Shown here: in pieces, positions 7,829 to 15,931 of the stretch
How positions within the stretch are numbered: position 1 is the first letter of the stretch
Layout: every line of letters starts with the position of its first letter
Source: Lachnospiraceae bacterium
GTDB lineage: Bacteria; Bacillota; Clostridia; Lachnospirales; Lachnospiraceae
DNA: 64,000 bases
Direction of reading: 5' to 3'
NCBI GenBank assembly: GCA_900771195.1
Contig: CAAGMZ010000018.1
Location: 1,195-65,194 of the forward strand
Made by a program: the position numbers and the translations under genes
Notes under the pieces: generated by a model
Told to the model about the DNA's origin: nothing
The model's database searches: none
Seen by the model: the letters and a program-made list of their open reading frames with translations, nothing else

Positions 7829-8650
7829 TCAGAAATCAAAGCTGTCCGGGTCAGCCCCGACTCTTTCATTCCTGTTCAGTTCCGATATCATCCTCATATC
7901 TTCCCCCGAAAGTTCCCAGTCAAACACATCCATATTCGACAGAATTCTGTCCCTGTGTGTGGATTTGGGCATTACGATGACGCCTCTCTGGATATCCCAT
8001 CTGATAATTATCTGTGCGGGTGTCTTTTGGTATTTTGCCGCAAGGCTCTTAATCGTATCATCCAAAAGGACATTGTTGCCTCCCGTTCCGCCAAGCGGGC
8101 TCCACACCTCAATATCAATATTCTGACCCAGACAATAATCGATAAGCTCCTGATTGGTAAAATAAGGATGTGACTCTATCTGGTTGACCGCCGGCTTTAT
8201 GTGGGCATTTTTCATCAGCGTTTCAAGGTGATGCACCTGGAAATTGGAAACTCCGATTGCCTTAGCCCTTCCGCTCTCGTATATTTTCTCCATTTCCTCC
8301 CAGGACTTCTCGTAACCGTCTGCCGGCCAGTGAATCAGGTACAAATCCACATAATCGGTATCAAGAGCTTCAAGGCTTCGCTTAAATGCTTCTTGTGCCC
8401 TGCCCTGTCTGATGTCCTCATTCCAGAGCTTTGTGGTGATAAAAATATCTTTTCTGGGCACGCCGCTTTCTTTTATTCCCTGTGCCACACTTTTTTCGTT
8501 GCCGTAAATCATTGCGGTGTCAATGTGACGGTAGCCGGCTTCAAGTGCCCATTTTACTGATTTTGCGGTCTCCTCACCGTCCTTAGTAAGGTACACGCCC
8601 AGGCCAAGCTGCGGAATCACTGCACCGTTATTGAGCCTAATACTGTTCAT
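7829..8650 (-). CDS. Aldo/keto reductase (2,5-diketo-D-gluconate/glyoxal reductase-like)
   Basis: GYRHIDTAMIYGNE, ITTKLW, LYLIHWP, IGVSNF, MPKS; start adjusted to MNSIRL after GGAGG. Confidence 0.95.
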   Translation of the reverse strand: MNSIRLNNGAVIPQLGLGVYLTKDGEETAKSVKWALEAGYRHIDTAMIYGNEKSVAQGIKESGVPRKDIFITTKLWNEDIRQGRAQEAFKRSLEALDTDYVDLYLIHWPADGYEKSWEEMEKIYESGRAKAIGVSNFQVHHLETLMKNAHIKPAVNQIESHPYFTNQELIDYCLGQNIDIEVWSPLGGTGGNNVLLDDTIKSLAAKYQKTPAQIIIRWDIQRGVIVMPKSTHRDRILSNMDVFDWELSGEDMRMISELNRNERVGADPDSFDF

Positions 8651-8735
8651 GGTATATTCCTCCGAAATCTTTTGAAAACAGTATAGCAAATATGTTGTTG
8701 AACATCAATATTTCAATTTATTGTGGATTGTAGGG

Positions 8736-8833
8736 GGACTATTCTGGCTTGCTTGGGATTTTTGTCCGTAATATTTCGCTGCCATTCGCTTAGTAAGCGG
8801 AAGCGCCCGGCCTCAACTAACTGTTTCACAGCC
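8736..8833. repeat. Degenerate copy of the hairpin element at 9191..9317
   Basis: 8794-8833 aligns ungapped to 9278-9317 at 29/40 nt (manual count); similar 5' end ggactatt..ttgctt. Confidence 0.55.
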
Positions 8834-8838
8834 GCACT

Positions 8839-9126
8839 TAAGATAAAATCATGAAATTACATTATCTTATCGGTGTTTTTGAGACCTGTTCAGGGCAATT
8901 AAAAATCATGTTCAGATAATATACGAAGTTAGTAGTTATCTTATCTGAATTTTTCTGTCATTCTGGCAGGATTTCATCAAAAAAAGACTTGAGGAAGCTT
9001 CGAACAATGCAAAAAGTAAGATAAATATATAAACATTCGGCGAAATTATCTTATCAAAGTAAAATGTGGTATATTCAAAGATACAAATCATAAGATAAAA
9101 GGCTGAAATCTCAAAAAACTATCTGA
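8839..9126. repeat. Array of four spaced inverted repeats (T(A/C)AGATAA-N15..21-TTATCT)
   Basis: Units start at 8839, 8912, 9017, 9091 (spacings 73, 105, 74); internal spacers are unrelated to each other. Confidence 0.7.
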
Positions 9127-9190
9127 AACCGGAACACATCTATTGAATAACCCACAGTTTCTTCAAGCTCTTTCCGGCTCATACCATGCA

Positions 9191-9317
9191 GGCTATAAAA
9201 TGATTGCTTTCGGCGATTTCTAAGAACGCCGGTGCTTAGCGAGGTCTTTTCGAGCTTAGCACCGTTGCGTTCTTAGCTAAGCGAAAGCGACCGACCGAAA
9301 ATAATCATTTTACAGTC
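9191..9317. repeat. Nested long hairpin, REP/MITE-like
   Basis: Outer arms ctataaaatgattgctttcgg / ccgaaaataatcattttacag; inner arms ctaagaacgccggtgcttagc / gcttagcaccgttgcgttcttag. Confidence 0.8.
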
Positions 9318-9364
9318 CCTTCTCCCCGTAAAGTCTTATCAGCAGTTCTATGATATATTCCTCA

Positions 9365-9393
9365 GTATTCATTCCGTCAATTCCTCATATATT
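9365..9393 (+). promoter_or_regulatory. Putative mother-cell sigmaE-type promoter of the recombinase
   Basis: GTATTCA-14 bp-CATATATT, 33 nt before the ATG; resembles the sigmaE/sigmaK -10 CATAnnnT. Confidence 0.4.
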
Positions 9394-9426
9394 GTTTTGT
9401 AAAGCTTATTCAAAAGGATTTCTATT

Positions 9427-10689
9427 ATGATAAGATGTGCTTTATATGACCGCGTCTCCACTGCAATCCAGGTGCGCGACGGTCTCTCCCTTGATGCCCA
9501 GCGCAAGGCTCTGATTTCATACGCCAACGCCCATGGCTATCGGATTGTAGGAATATACACCGACGAAGGCATTTCCGCCAGAAAAAACAAAGAGAGCCGC
9601 CGCGAGCTCATGCGGCTTCTCTCCGATGTACAGAAGGACCTGATTGACCTGATTCTGGTGACAAAGCTTGACAGATGGTTCCGCAATATCAAGGATTACC
9701 ACAATACCCAGGCGATACTCGAAGCACATAACTGCAACTGGAAAACCATATTTGAGCAGTACGACACTTCCACCTCCAACGGACGCTTTGCCATCAACAT
9801 CATGCTTTCAGTCAATGAAAATGAATGTGACCGCGACTCTGACCGAATCAAAGAAGTATTCCGTTACAAAATTTCCGACGGCCAGTGGCTTGGCGGCCGC
9901 CCACCCTTCGGCTACAGACGCGATGACACCAGCCATCTCGTCAAGGATGCCGATAAAGAGCACATAGTCAATGAGCTCTTCTCCCTCTGCCTGTCATCAG
10001 GTTCCAAAACTTACGCTGCTGACTGCATACACAACAAATATCTTTCCGATGCACCACAGATATCAGGCCTCCGCAAGATTTTTTCAAAGGAAATTTACAC
10101 AGGCGTCCGCAATGGTGCCCGCATATGTGAACCGTACATAACCTCTGAGCAATATAACCTGATTAATTCCGGGCGTTCACTTCATATTGCCGAAAAAAAT
10201 ATTTACATATTCAGCGGTCTCCTTAAATGCCCGATATGTGGGCGAACAATGACCGGGCACAGCCGGAGTGTGAACGACAGAACATACCGTTCATACCGTT
10301 GCGGTAATTTCGGCCACAGCTTTTCACGCCGGGAAAACCTCATAGAAAAAAATCTTCTGGATAGCCTTGTGTTGCCCATAAAACGCACTATCCGGATACA
10401 GTTGCCGCATTCCCATACCCGGATTCAGAATGAGCTTTCCCGCCTCAATATCCTTTTCCAGAAAGGAAGGATATCAGAAGAATACTACGAAAAAGAGTAT
10501 TCAAGACTTCATGACAGGCTATCCGTTTCCCCTGCTTCGGAAAAGGAATTTACCGGCACTGCCGCAGAGCTTTACTATTCACTTGACGAATACCATAAGC
10601 TTATTTTCTGGCGAAGCCTCCTTGATTACGCCACAGTGAACAAAGACGGCCATACGGATTACCATTTAAAGGATTTTTGCCCCCCGTAA
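9427..10689 (+). CDS. Large serine recombinase (resolvase + recombinase + Zn-ribbon domains)
   Basis: Catalytic YDRVST, DEGISA, KLDRWFR, GGRPPFGY, FSGLLKCPICG...YRC. Confidence 0.95.
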   Translation: MIRCALYDRVSTAIQVRDGLSLDAQRKALISYANAHGYRIVGIYTDEGISARKNKESRRELMRLLSDVQKDLIDLILVTKLDRWFRNIKDYHNTQAILEAHNCNWKTIFEQYDTSTSNGRFAINIMLSVNENECDRDSDRIKEVFRYKISDGQWLGGRPPFGYRRDDTSHLVKDADKEHIVNELFSLCLSSGSKTYAADCIHNKYLSDAPQISGLRKIFSKEIYTGVRNGARICEPYITSEQYNLINSGRSLHIAEKNIYIFSGLLKCPICGRTMTGHSRSVNDRTYRSYRCGNFGHSFSRRENLIEKNLLDSLVLPIKRTIRIQLPHSHTRIQNELSRLNILFQKGRISEEYYEKEYSRLHDRLSVSPASEKEFTGTAAELYYSLDEYHKLIFWRSLLDYATVNKDGHTDYHLKDFCPP

Positions 10690-10715
10690 TACCCCTTCTC
10701 TGTTGAATTCGAGCC
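10670..10715. other. Putative attachment junction (att hybrid site)
   Basis: Abrupt switch from recombinase stop (TAA 10687-10689) to mid-gene SBP coding sequence ttc tct gtt gaa ttc gag (FSVEFE) at about 10696. Confidence 0.55.
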
Positions 10716-11115
10716 AGGTGCAACCGCCCTTGAGCTTGAAGGAAAAGGATATGTAGTTGCCTCGCTGGGCGTTGACAGCGGCTATGTCCCTTATACCGCA
10801 TACAGTGCCAGAAAGAGCTACATTAAGAAAAATCCCGAGGTCATCAAGAGCTTTACCAATGCTATCCAGAAGGGTCTTGATTATGTGAACACCCACAGTT
10901 CCGCAGAAATTGCAGAGGTAATTAAACCGCAGTTTGACGACACCGACGTGAAAACTATTGAAATAATAGTTGAAAGATATAAGACCCAGGATACATGGAA
11001 AAAAGATACCGTATTTGAGAAAGAAGCTTTTGAGCTGCTGGAGGATATACTGATTGAAGCAGGCGAGCTGGAAAAATATGTGCCTTATGAAGACCTGGTT
11101 ATGATTGTAAAATAA
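10696..11115 (+). pseudogene. 3' half of an interrupted NMT1/THI5 (YtlA-like) ABC substrate-binding protein gene
   Basis: Frame reads FSVEFEPGATALELEGKGYVVASLGVDSGYVPYTAYSARKSYIKKNPEVIKSFTNAIQKGLDYVNTHS...RYKTQDTW...YEDLV*, with no start codon, SD or signal peptide at its 5' end; the frame itself is intact. Confidence 0.8.
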
Positions 11116-11152
11116 TTATATGAGTCCCGGCACTTTTACTGCCTGTTCCATA

Positions 11153-11188
11153 AATTAACCCCCTGCAGTATTCCGCAGGGGGTTAGTT
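11153..11188. terminator. Hairpin between convergent genes
   Basis: aattaaccccctgc...gcagggggttagtt. Confidence 0.75.
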
Positions 11189-11223
11189 GCAAGCGGCCGG
11201 CCGAAAAAAACATTTTGCAGTAC

Positions 11224-12144
11224 TTACAGCTTATTAAGATTCTCAAATCTGGGAATCTTTTTCTTCTTTTCCTCTTCTTCCTTCTTCTGCTTCTGGTAAG
11301 TAAATTCCTCGTCTTTATAGAATTCTCTGTACATCCTGATAACAAGAAATGAGAAAATTCCTACGATAATCACATTGGCAATAACCTCAACAATATTGTT
11401 AATCATTCCATAGCCTGCCATGTACTTGAATAACTGCATGCCAAAATATGCACTGATTGTTATTGCGTACCATGACTTTGGTACCTTGTTGGTGAATGCA
11501 GCATAAACCGTGATTGATGCTGCCATGTGGAAAACCATGAACGCAATTGTCATAAGTCCCATTATTATATATGTCCTGGCATCATAGCTCAGTATGGCTT
11601 CGATGCTTTCCACCAGCCCGTCAAACTGCTCCCGGGTCTCGATTCCGTCAGTAAGAAGTGTCTCAATTCCCACCTTGTTGAGAGTGTTGGACGAAACCAC
11701 CGCCATGAAAAGATTGATAATCGACGCAAGTCCCTCTGTTACCATGATTCCTATGCCAAAAGAAAGTGAATCTGCCACATTCTTTATATTAGCCTTGAAA
11801 AACTTCATTGACAGCATACGTCCCAGTATAGGAACAGCTGCTGCCGTAAGTGCCGCAAGAATGATGTAAAGCGGCATGAGTCCCTTTGCTCCTATAATTG
11901 AAACGGGGAACATCACTATTTTGACTGCACAGTAATAAAATACAAAATAAATTGCAACACCGCCAAAGACACCCATCCAGGAGCCCTTCTGTCTGTATCT
12001 TGTGATTACAAAAAGTGCAATTAAGACTACTGCTATAAGGGCAAGGGCTACAATCGCCCACACTATGGTACCTGTCGGAACCTTGGCATTGATGTCAAAA
12101 CCGTCCGGCACCGGAAACTGAAGCTCACGGTTAACTAAATTCAT
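11224..12144 (-). CDS. YhfC-family intramembrane protease-like protein (degenerate motifs)
   Basis: Multi-TM layout with LYIILAAL...GR, ADSLSFGIG...E, FHMAAS. Confidence 0.6.
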   Translation of the reverse strand: MNLVNRELQFPVPDGFDINAKVPTGTIVWAIVALALIAVVLIALFVITRYRQKGSWMGVFGGVAIYFVFYYCAVKIVMFPVSIIGAKGLMPLYIILAALTAAAVPILGRMLSMKFFKANIKNVADSLSFGIGIMVTEGLASIINLFMAVVSSNTLNKVGIETLLTDGIETREQFDGLVESIEAILSYDARTYIIMGLMTIAFMVFHMAASITVYAAFTNKVPKSWYAITISAYFGMQLFKYMAGYGMINNIVEVIANVIIVGIFSFLVIRMYREFYKDEEFTYQKQKKEEEEKKKKIPRFENLNKL

Positions 12145-12203
12145 AAAATTCTACCTTCCTGTATTAAAAATTTGTATACACAAACCATTTCCCATTACTT
12201 GAT

Positions 12204-12233
12204 AAAAGGGCCATCAGTTAAACTGACAGCCCT
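12204..12233 (-). terminator. Intrinsic terminator after csp
   Basis: Minus strand agggctgtcag...ctgatggccc followed by TTTT. Confidence 0.6.
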
Positions 12234-12320
12234 CGCCATAATCTTACTGAATGACAATATACTTTTTTAAATATATGATATATCGAAAAAAGGCACACTG
12301 TAAATCGCGGATTATAAAAA

Positions 12321-12518
12321 TTATACTCTCTTTACGTGAGTAGCCTGCGGTCCCTTTGCTCCGTCAACTACTTCGAACTCTACTGCCTGGCCCTCTTCAA
12401 GAGTCTTGAAGCCTTCCATATCAAGTCCTGAGTAATGTACGAATACATCCTTGCCTGTCTCATCAGAAATGAAACCATATCCTTTCTGATTGTTGAACCA
12501 CTTAACAGTACCTTTCAT
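12321..12518 (-). CDS. Cold-shock protein (Csp family)
   Basis: GTVKWFN, KGYGFI, VFVHYS RNP motifs. Confidence 0.98.
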   Translation of the reverse strand: MKGTVKWFNNQKGYGFISDETGKDVFVHYSGLDMEGFKTLEEGQAVEFEVVDGAKGPQATHVKRV

Positions 12519-12598
12519 TGTGTACTACCTCCAAAAATATAAAAAATCTGGTCGCACCTACAGCGACGCTTTTACTTTAACACATTAATTTCCATAAG

Positions 12599-13474
12599 TC
12601 AAGTATTTGGTGTCAGTTCCAAAAGGTCCGGGATGTCGAAAGTATAAGTAGTGTTGCAGAAATCACACCTCACCTCCACAGGCTTTCCATCGGCTATCAT
12701 TTCATCTATTTCCTTTTGGTCAATAAGTGCCAGTGCCGCTGATACTTTTTCCCTCGAGCAGTTACAACTGAATCCCACCGGCATTCTGTCCAGAACCTCA
12801 AGTCCCACACTGCCCAGTATCCTGTCGAGTATCTGTTCCGGGGAAAGTCCCTCCTCCAAAAGTGCAGTGACAGACGTAATCTGCGACAGGTTCTTCTCAA
12901 TTTCCGAGATTGTCCCGTCCTCCGCATCAGGCATCACCTGAATGATAAAGCCTCCCGCTTCCTTCACGGTGACATCCTTGTCCACCAGAACGCCAAGGCC
13001 CACTGATGACGGTGTCTGCTCGCTTGAAGCAAAATAATAAGTAATATCCTCGGCAATCTCTCCCGTCACAAGCTCACATGTTCCGCTGTATGGTTCCTTA
13101 AGACCGATATCCTTTATAACCGTGATAAATCCTTTTCCGACAGCTCCCGCAACATCAAGCTTTCCCTTGGAATTAGGCGGCAGTTCAACATATGGATTGC
13201 CGGGATACCCCTTTACATTTCCCTTGGAATCAGCAGTTACTATCAGCATCTTCACCGGGCCGTCACCATTGATTCGAAGAGTCAGCACATCCTCATCACC
13301 CTTCATCATGCTGCCCATCATTGCACCGGCAGTCAGAAGCCTTCCCAGTGCTGCGGTTACCACGGGACTTGTATCATGAAGCCCTCTCGCTTTCTCAACA
13401 GTATTGGTGGTACATGCGGCAAATGCCCTTATCCGGCCTCCCGCAGCCGTTGCCCTCACCATATAATCTTCCAT
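12599..13474 (-). CDS. hslO: Hsp33 redox-regulated chaperone
   Basis: ALGRLLT, CNCS...CDFC zinc motif. Confidence 0.97.
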   Translation of the reverse strand: MEDYMVRATAAGGRIRAFAACTTNTVEKARGLHDTSPVVTAALGRLLTAGAMMGSMMKGDEDVLTLRINGDGPVKMLIVTADSKGNVKGYPGNPYVELPPNSKGKLDVAGAVGKGFITVIKDIGLKEPYSGTCELVTGEIAEDITYYFASSEQTPSSVGLGVLVDKDVTVKEAGGFIIQVMPDAEDGTISEIEKNLSQITSVTALLEEGLSPEQILDRILGSVGLEVLDRMPVGFSCNCSREKVSAALALIDQKEIDEMIADGKPVEVRCDFCNTTYTFDIPDLLELTPNT

Positions 13475-14221
13475 TTATCTGCTCCTTTCCATCACATAGT
13501 ACACACGCTCCGCGCTCCAGTCTGCCTCACCGGTCATGTTCATACCCAGCATTTCCCTGACACAAAGCCCTCCTGCCGCAGCAGCCCTTCTCACATCCTC
13601 ATCCGTGAATGCATGCTGCGTGTGCTCCTCTGTAAATTTCTGATATAATCCATGTTTTTTCTGTATGAAAAAAGTAATGTAATACTCGTTATCACCGGTT
13701 TCCCCGTCAAAATCATTTTCCCACACATAGGTGCTGTCATCAGTGCTGTCGGTAAAAACCTGTTTTCCAAGTCTCTCATAATATGCAGGTGTCTTCATGT
13801 CAAAAATAAATATGCCCTCATCTGTCAGAGCATCTCTGACCCTCTCCATTGCTGACTGAAGATCAAAGTCGTTTTCCATATAATTCATTGAATCGCACAC
13901 GCTGACAATCACGGGAAACCTGTCATCCGCTTCAAGTGCCCTCATATCCTGCTGCATATATGTTATGTCAAGCTTTGCCGCCTTTCTTTTGCGCTCAGCC
14001 TCCCGCAGCATGTCAACGGACATGTCAATTCCGGTCATCTCATAGCCGCTTTGTGCCATAAGCATTGTAAAGGTTCCTGTGCCGCAGCCCAGCTCCAGCA
14101 CCCTGCTGTGTTCCCTGCCATTCATCCCGAGATATTTTGTTATTGCTTCACACCACTCTTTATACGGAATATCACGCATAAATCTGTCGTATACTTTGGC
14201 AAAAACAGTATATGCTTTCAT
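13475..14221 (-). CDS. Class I SAM-dependent methyltransferase
   Basis: VLELGCGTG, GIDMS, QDMR, CDSMNY; start adjusted to MKAYT. Confidence 0.92.
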   Translation of the reverse strand: MKAYTVFAKVYDRFMRDIPYKEWCEAITKYLGMNGREHSRVLELGCGTGTFTMLMAQSGYEMTGIDMSVDMLREAERKRKAAKLDITYMQQDMRALEADDRFPVIVSVCDSMNYMENDFDLQSAMERVRDALTDEGIFIFDMKTPAYYERLGKQVFTDSTDDSTYVWENDFDGETGDNEYYITFFIQKKHGLYQKFTEEHTQHAFTDEDVRRAAAAGGLCVREMLGMNMTGEADWSAERVYYVMERSR

Positions 14222-14299
14222 AAGTACTCCTTTTATCTTGATTATTTGCACATTATAATCTATGATGTAGATATCAATGTTGAATGCAGGTCATGGAAC

Positions 14300-15244
14300 A
14301 TGAAAACACGCAATCTTAAAAAACTGATCAGGAATATATACGCCTCACGCATAATCCTTCCGGCAATTGTGCTGATTATTGTGGCAATCGTGCTGGTCAT
14401 AAATCCTTTTGACCGCAGGAACAAAATCGTTACGGTTGACGCACTCTCTGATATAGGCAGGCTCTATTCCGAGAAAGCCGGCTATATACAGTGCACTGCC
14501 GACAGGCTTTATTACACAGGTCTCGACTATACGGTCAACAGTAATATCAAAGCCAGGGTATATTACACGCTTGAGAACAATAAATGTTATATTTTCATAA
14601 TCTCATCCGAAAAGCTTCCCGATGAGTGGACATCCCTTGACAATTTTTCAATGAATGCCAAGCTCATACGCAATAATAGCACATATGACAGCGTCATTGC
14701 AAGCCTGGCACGCGAGCTTGAATTTTCCACAAAGGGATTGCATGAGATAGTTGAGCCCACGATAATCAGCCAGTATGACTACGTCCACAGCTTCTCATCA
14801 TTTTATTTTGTCCTTATACTTGCGCTGTGCATACTTTCCGGCGTTGACCTTCTGCTGCTCATACTGGTGCTTATAATTCCAACACTGTCGCCTCCTGTTA
14901 TGCGCCTCAGAAAATACGGCAATTCTGCCACTCTTTTTGCGATTGCCCGGGCAGAATTTGACACGGCACAGGCAATCGGACGCAAAAACATATATATTAC
15001 CGATACCTTCCTGATATCGTACACCAAGACCGGAATAGACATTATCCCGCTGGAAAATATAACATGGATATACCGGTATAACGAGCTTCACAGAAGCGGT
15101 CACCGCACAAGGCTCTATCATCCGCTTTTCATTGTGACTGACTGTAAAAAGACATACACCATACACCATGTATCCTCCAAGGTTTCCGATAAAATCCTTG
15201 ATACTCTGCAGACAAGATTTCCGTCAATCCTTGTGGGAATGTAA
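14300..15244 (+). CDS. Membrane protein (DUF6709-like)
   Basis: Start adjusted to MKTRNL; N-terminal TM, extracellular domain, second TM, C-terminal IIPLENITWIY segment. Confidence 0.65.
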   Translation: MKTRNLKKLIRNIYASRIILPAIVLIIVAIVLVINPFDRRNKIVTVDALSDIGRLYSEKAGYIQCTADRLYYTGLDYTVNSNIKARVYYTLENNKCYIFIISSEKLPDEWTSLDNFSMNAKLIRNNSTYDSVIASLARELEFSTKGLHEIVEPTIISQYDYVHSFSSFYFVLILALCILSGVDLLLLILVLIIPTLSPPVMRLRKYGNSATLFAIARAEFDTAQAIGRKNIYITDTFLISYTKTGIDIIPLENITWIYRYNELHRSGHRTRLYHPLFIVTDCKKTYTIHHVSSKVSDKILDTLQTRFPSILVGM

Positions 15245-15258
15245 GCAGCTTACAGCAA

Positions 15259-15292
15259 AAAGGGATTCACTCCGCACGGCGTGAATCCCTTT
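15259..15292. terminator. Bidirectional terminator
   Basis: aaagggattcac...gtgaatcccttt between convergent genes. Confidence 0.8.
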
Positions 15293-15336
15293 AAATTATC
15301 TTTATAATATCCGGTCTGTCCGTTACAGGCCTTCAA

Positions 15337-15855
15337 TTACTCTCTGTACTGCACATTCTTTCCGCAGCATTTCTTATACTTAAGTCCGCTTCCGCAGGGG
15401 CACGGGTCATTACGCCCAATCTTAGGTCCCTTGACAACGGTTGTGGAAAGCTTCTGCTCCTTATAAAGCTCTTTTCTTCTCTCAGCATCTATAAGGCTGT
15501 CCCACTCAGGCAGCTCATAAAGCCAGCTTGCCTCTGCGCCAACCATGTTTTTATAAAGGAGCTCCTTATCATAATCAAGATTCACCTCTGTATTCTCATC
15601 CATCGTCTCGATAGGATTGGGATTCTTAAGGCTGTCATTGATTCCGTCAAGGAATCCTACCATAATCTTAAGCTCAACCTCATACTTCTCCGCAAGTTCT
15701 TTTACAGTGCCCTTCACAGGCTCATCGGGAGTCTTAAGAATCTGCTCATAAATCCCCTTTTCCAAAGAAAAATAATTAGTCCAGAACACCTGCTGTGCTC
15801 TCTGGTCTGCCTTCTGGTCGTAGGCTTCATTTCTCCACTGCTCTAATAGTGTCAT
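15337..15855 (-). CDS. SEC-C motif protein
   Basis: C-terminal [21 protein letters not shown]. Confidence 0.93.
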   Translation of the reverse strand: MTLLEQWRNEAYDQKADQRAQQVFWTNYFSLEKGIYEQILKTPDEPVKGTVKELAEKYEVELKIMVGFLDGINDSLKNPNPIETMDENTEVNLDYDKELLYKNMVGAEASWLYELPEWDSLIDAERRKELYKEQKLSTTVVKGPKIGRNDPCPCGSGLKYKKCCGKNVQYRE

Positions 15856-15931
15856 AATCTTCTCCTAACATAAAACAAAGTAAAATAAAGCATTACTGCT
15901 TACAAAAGTATATACCAACACAGCCTTTAAG

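Larger units (their letters stand above)
1..10695. mobile_element. Putative serine-recombinase gene-intervening/integrative element (right part only; left end outside window)
   Basis: Large serine recombinase 9427..10689 directly abuts a start-less 3' half of an ABC substrate-binding gene. Heterogeneous accessory genes lie to its left. No phage structural or conjugation genes are visible, and the element's extent is inferred. Confidence 0.6.

Noticed and set aside
8839..9126. CRISPR array
   Set aside because: Only about 8-nt inverted half-sites are conserved, there is no 25-40 nt direct repeat, spacing is irregular and no cas genes are present
1..10689. Prophage or ICE
   Set aside because: No terminase, capsid, tail, relaxase or T4SS genes in the visible part; cannot exclude them left of the window
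10885..11115. Independent 76-aa gene
   Set aside because: Internal GTG of the longer SBP fragment whose homology-like sequence begins at about 10696
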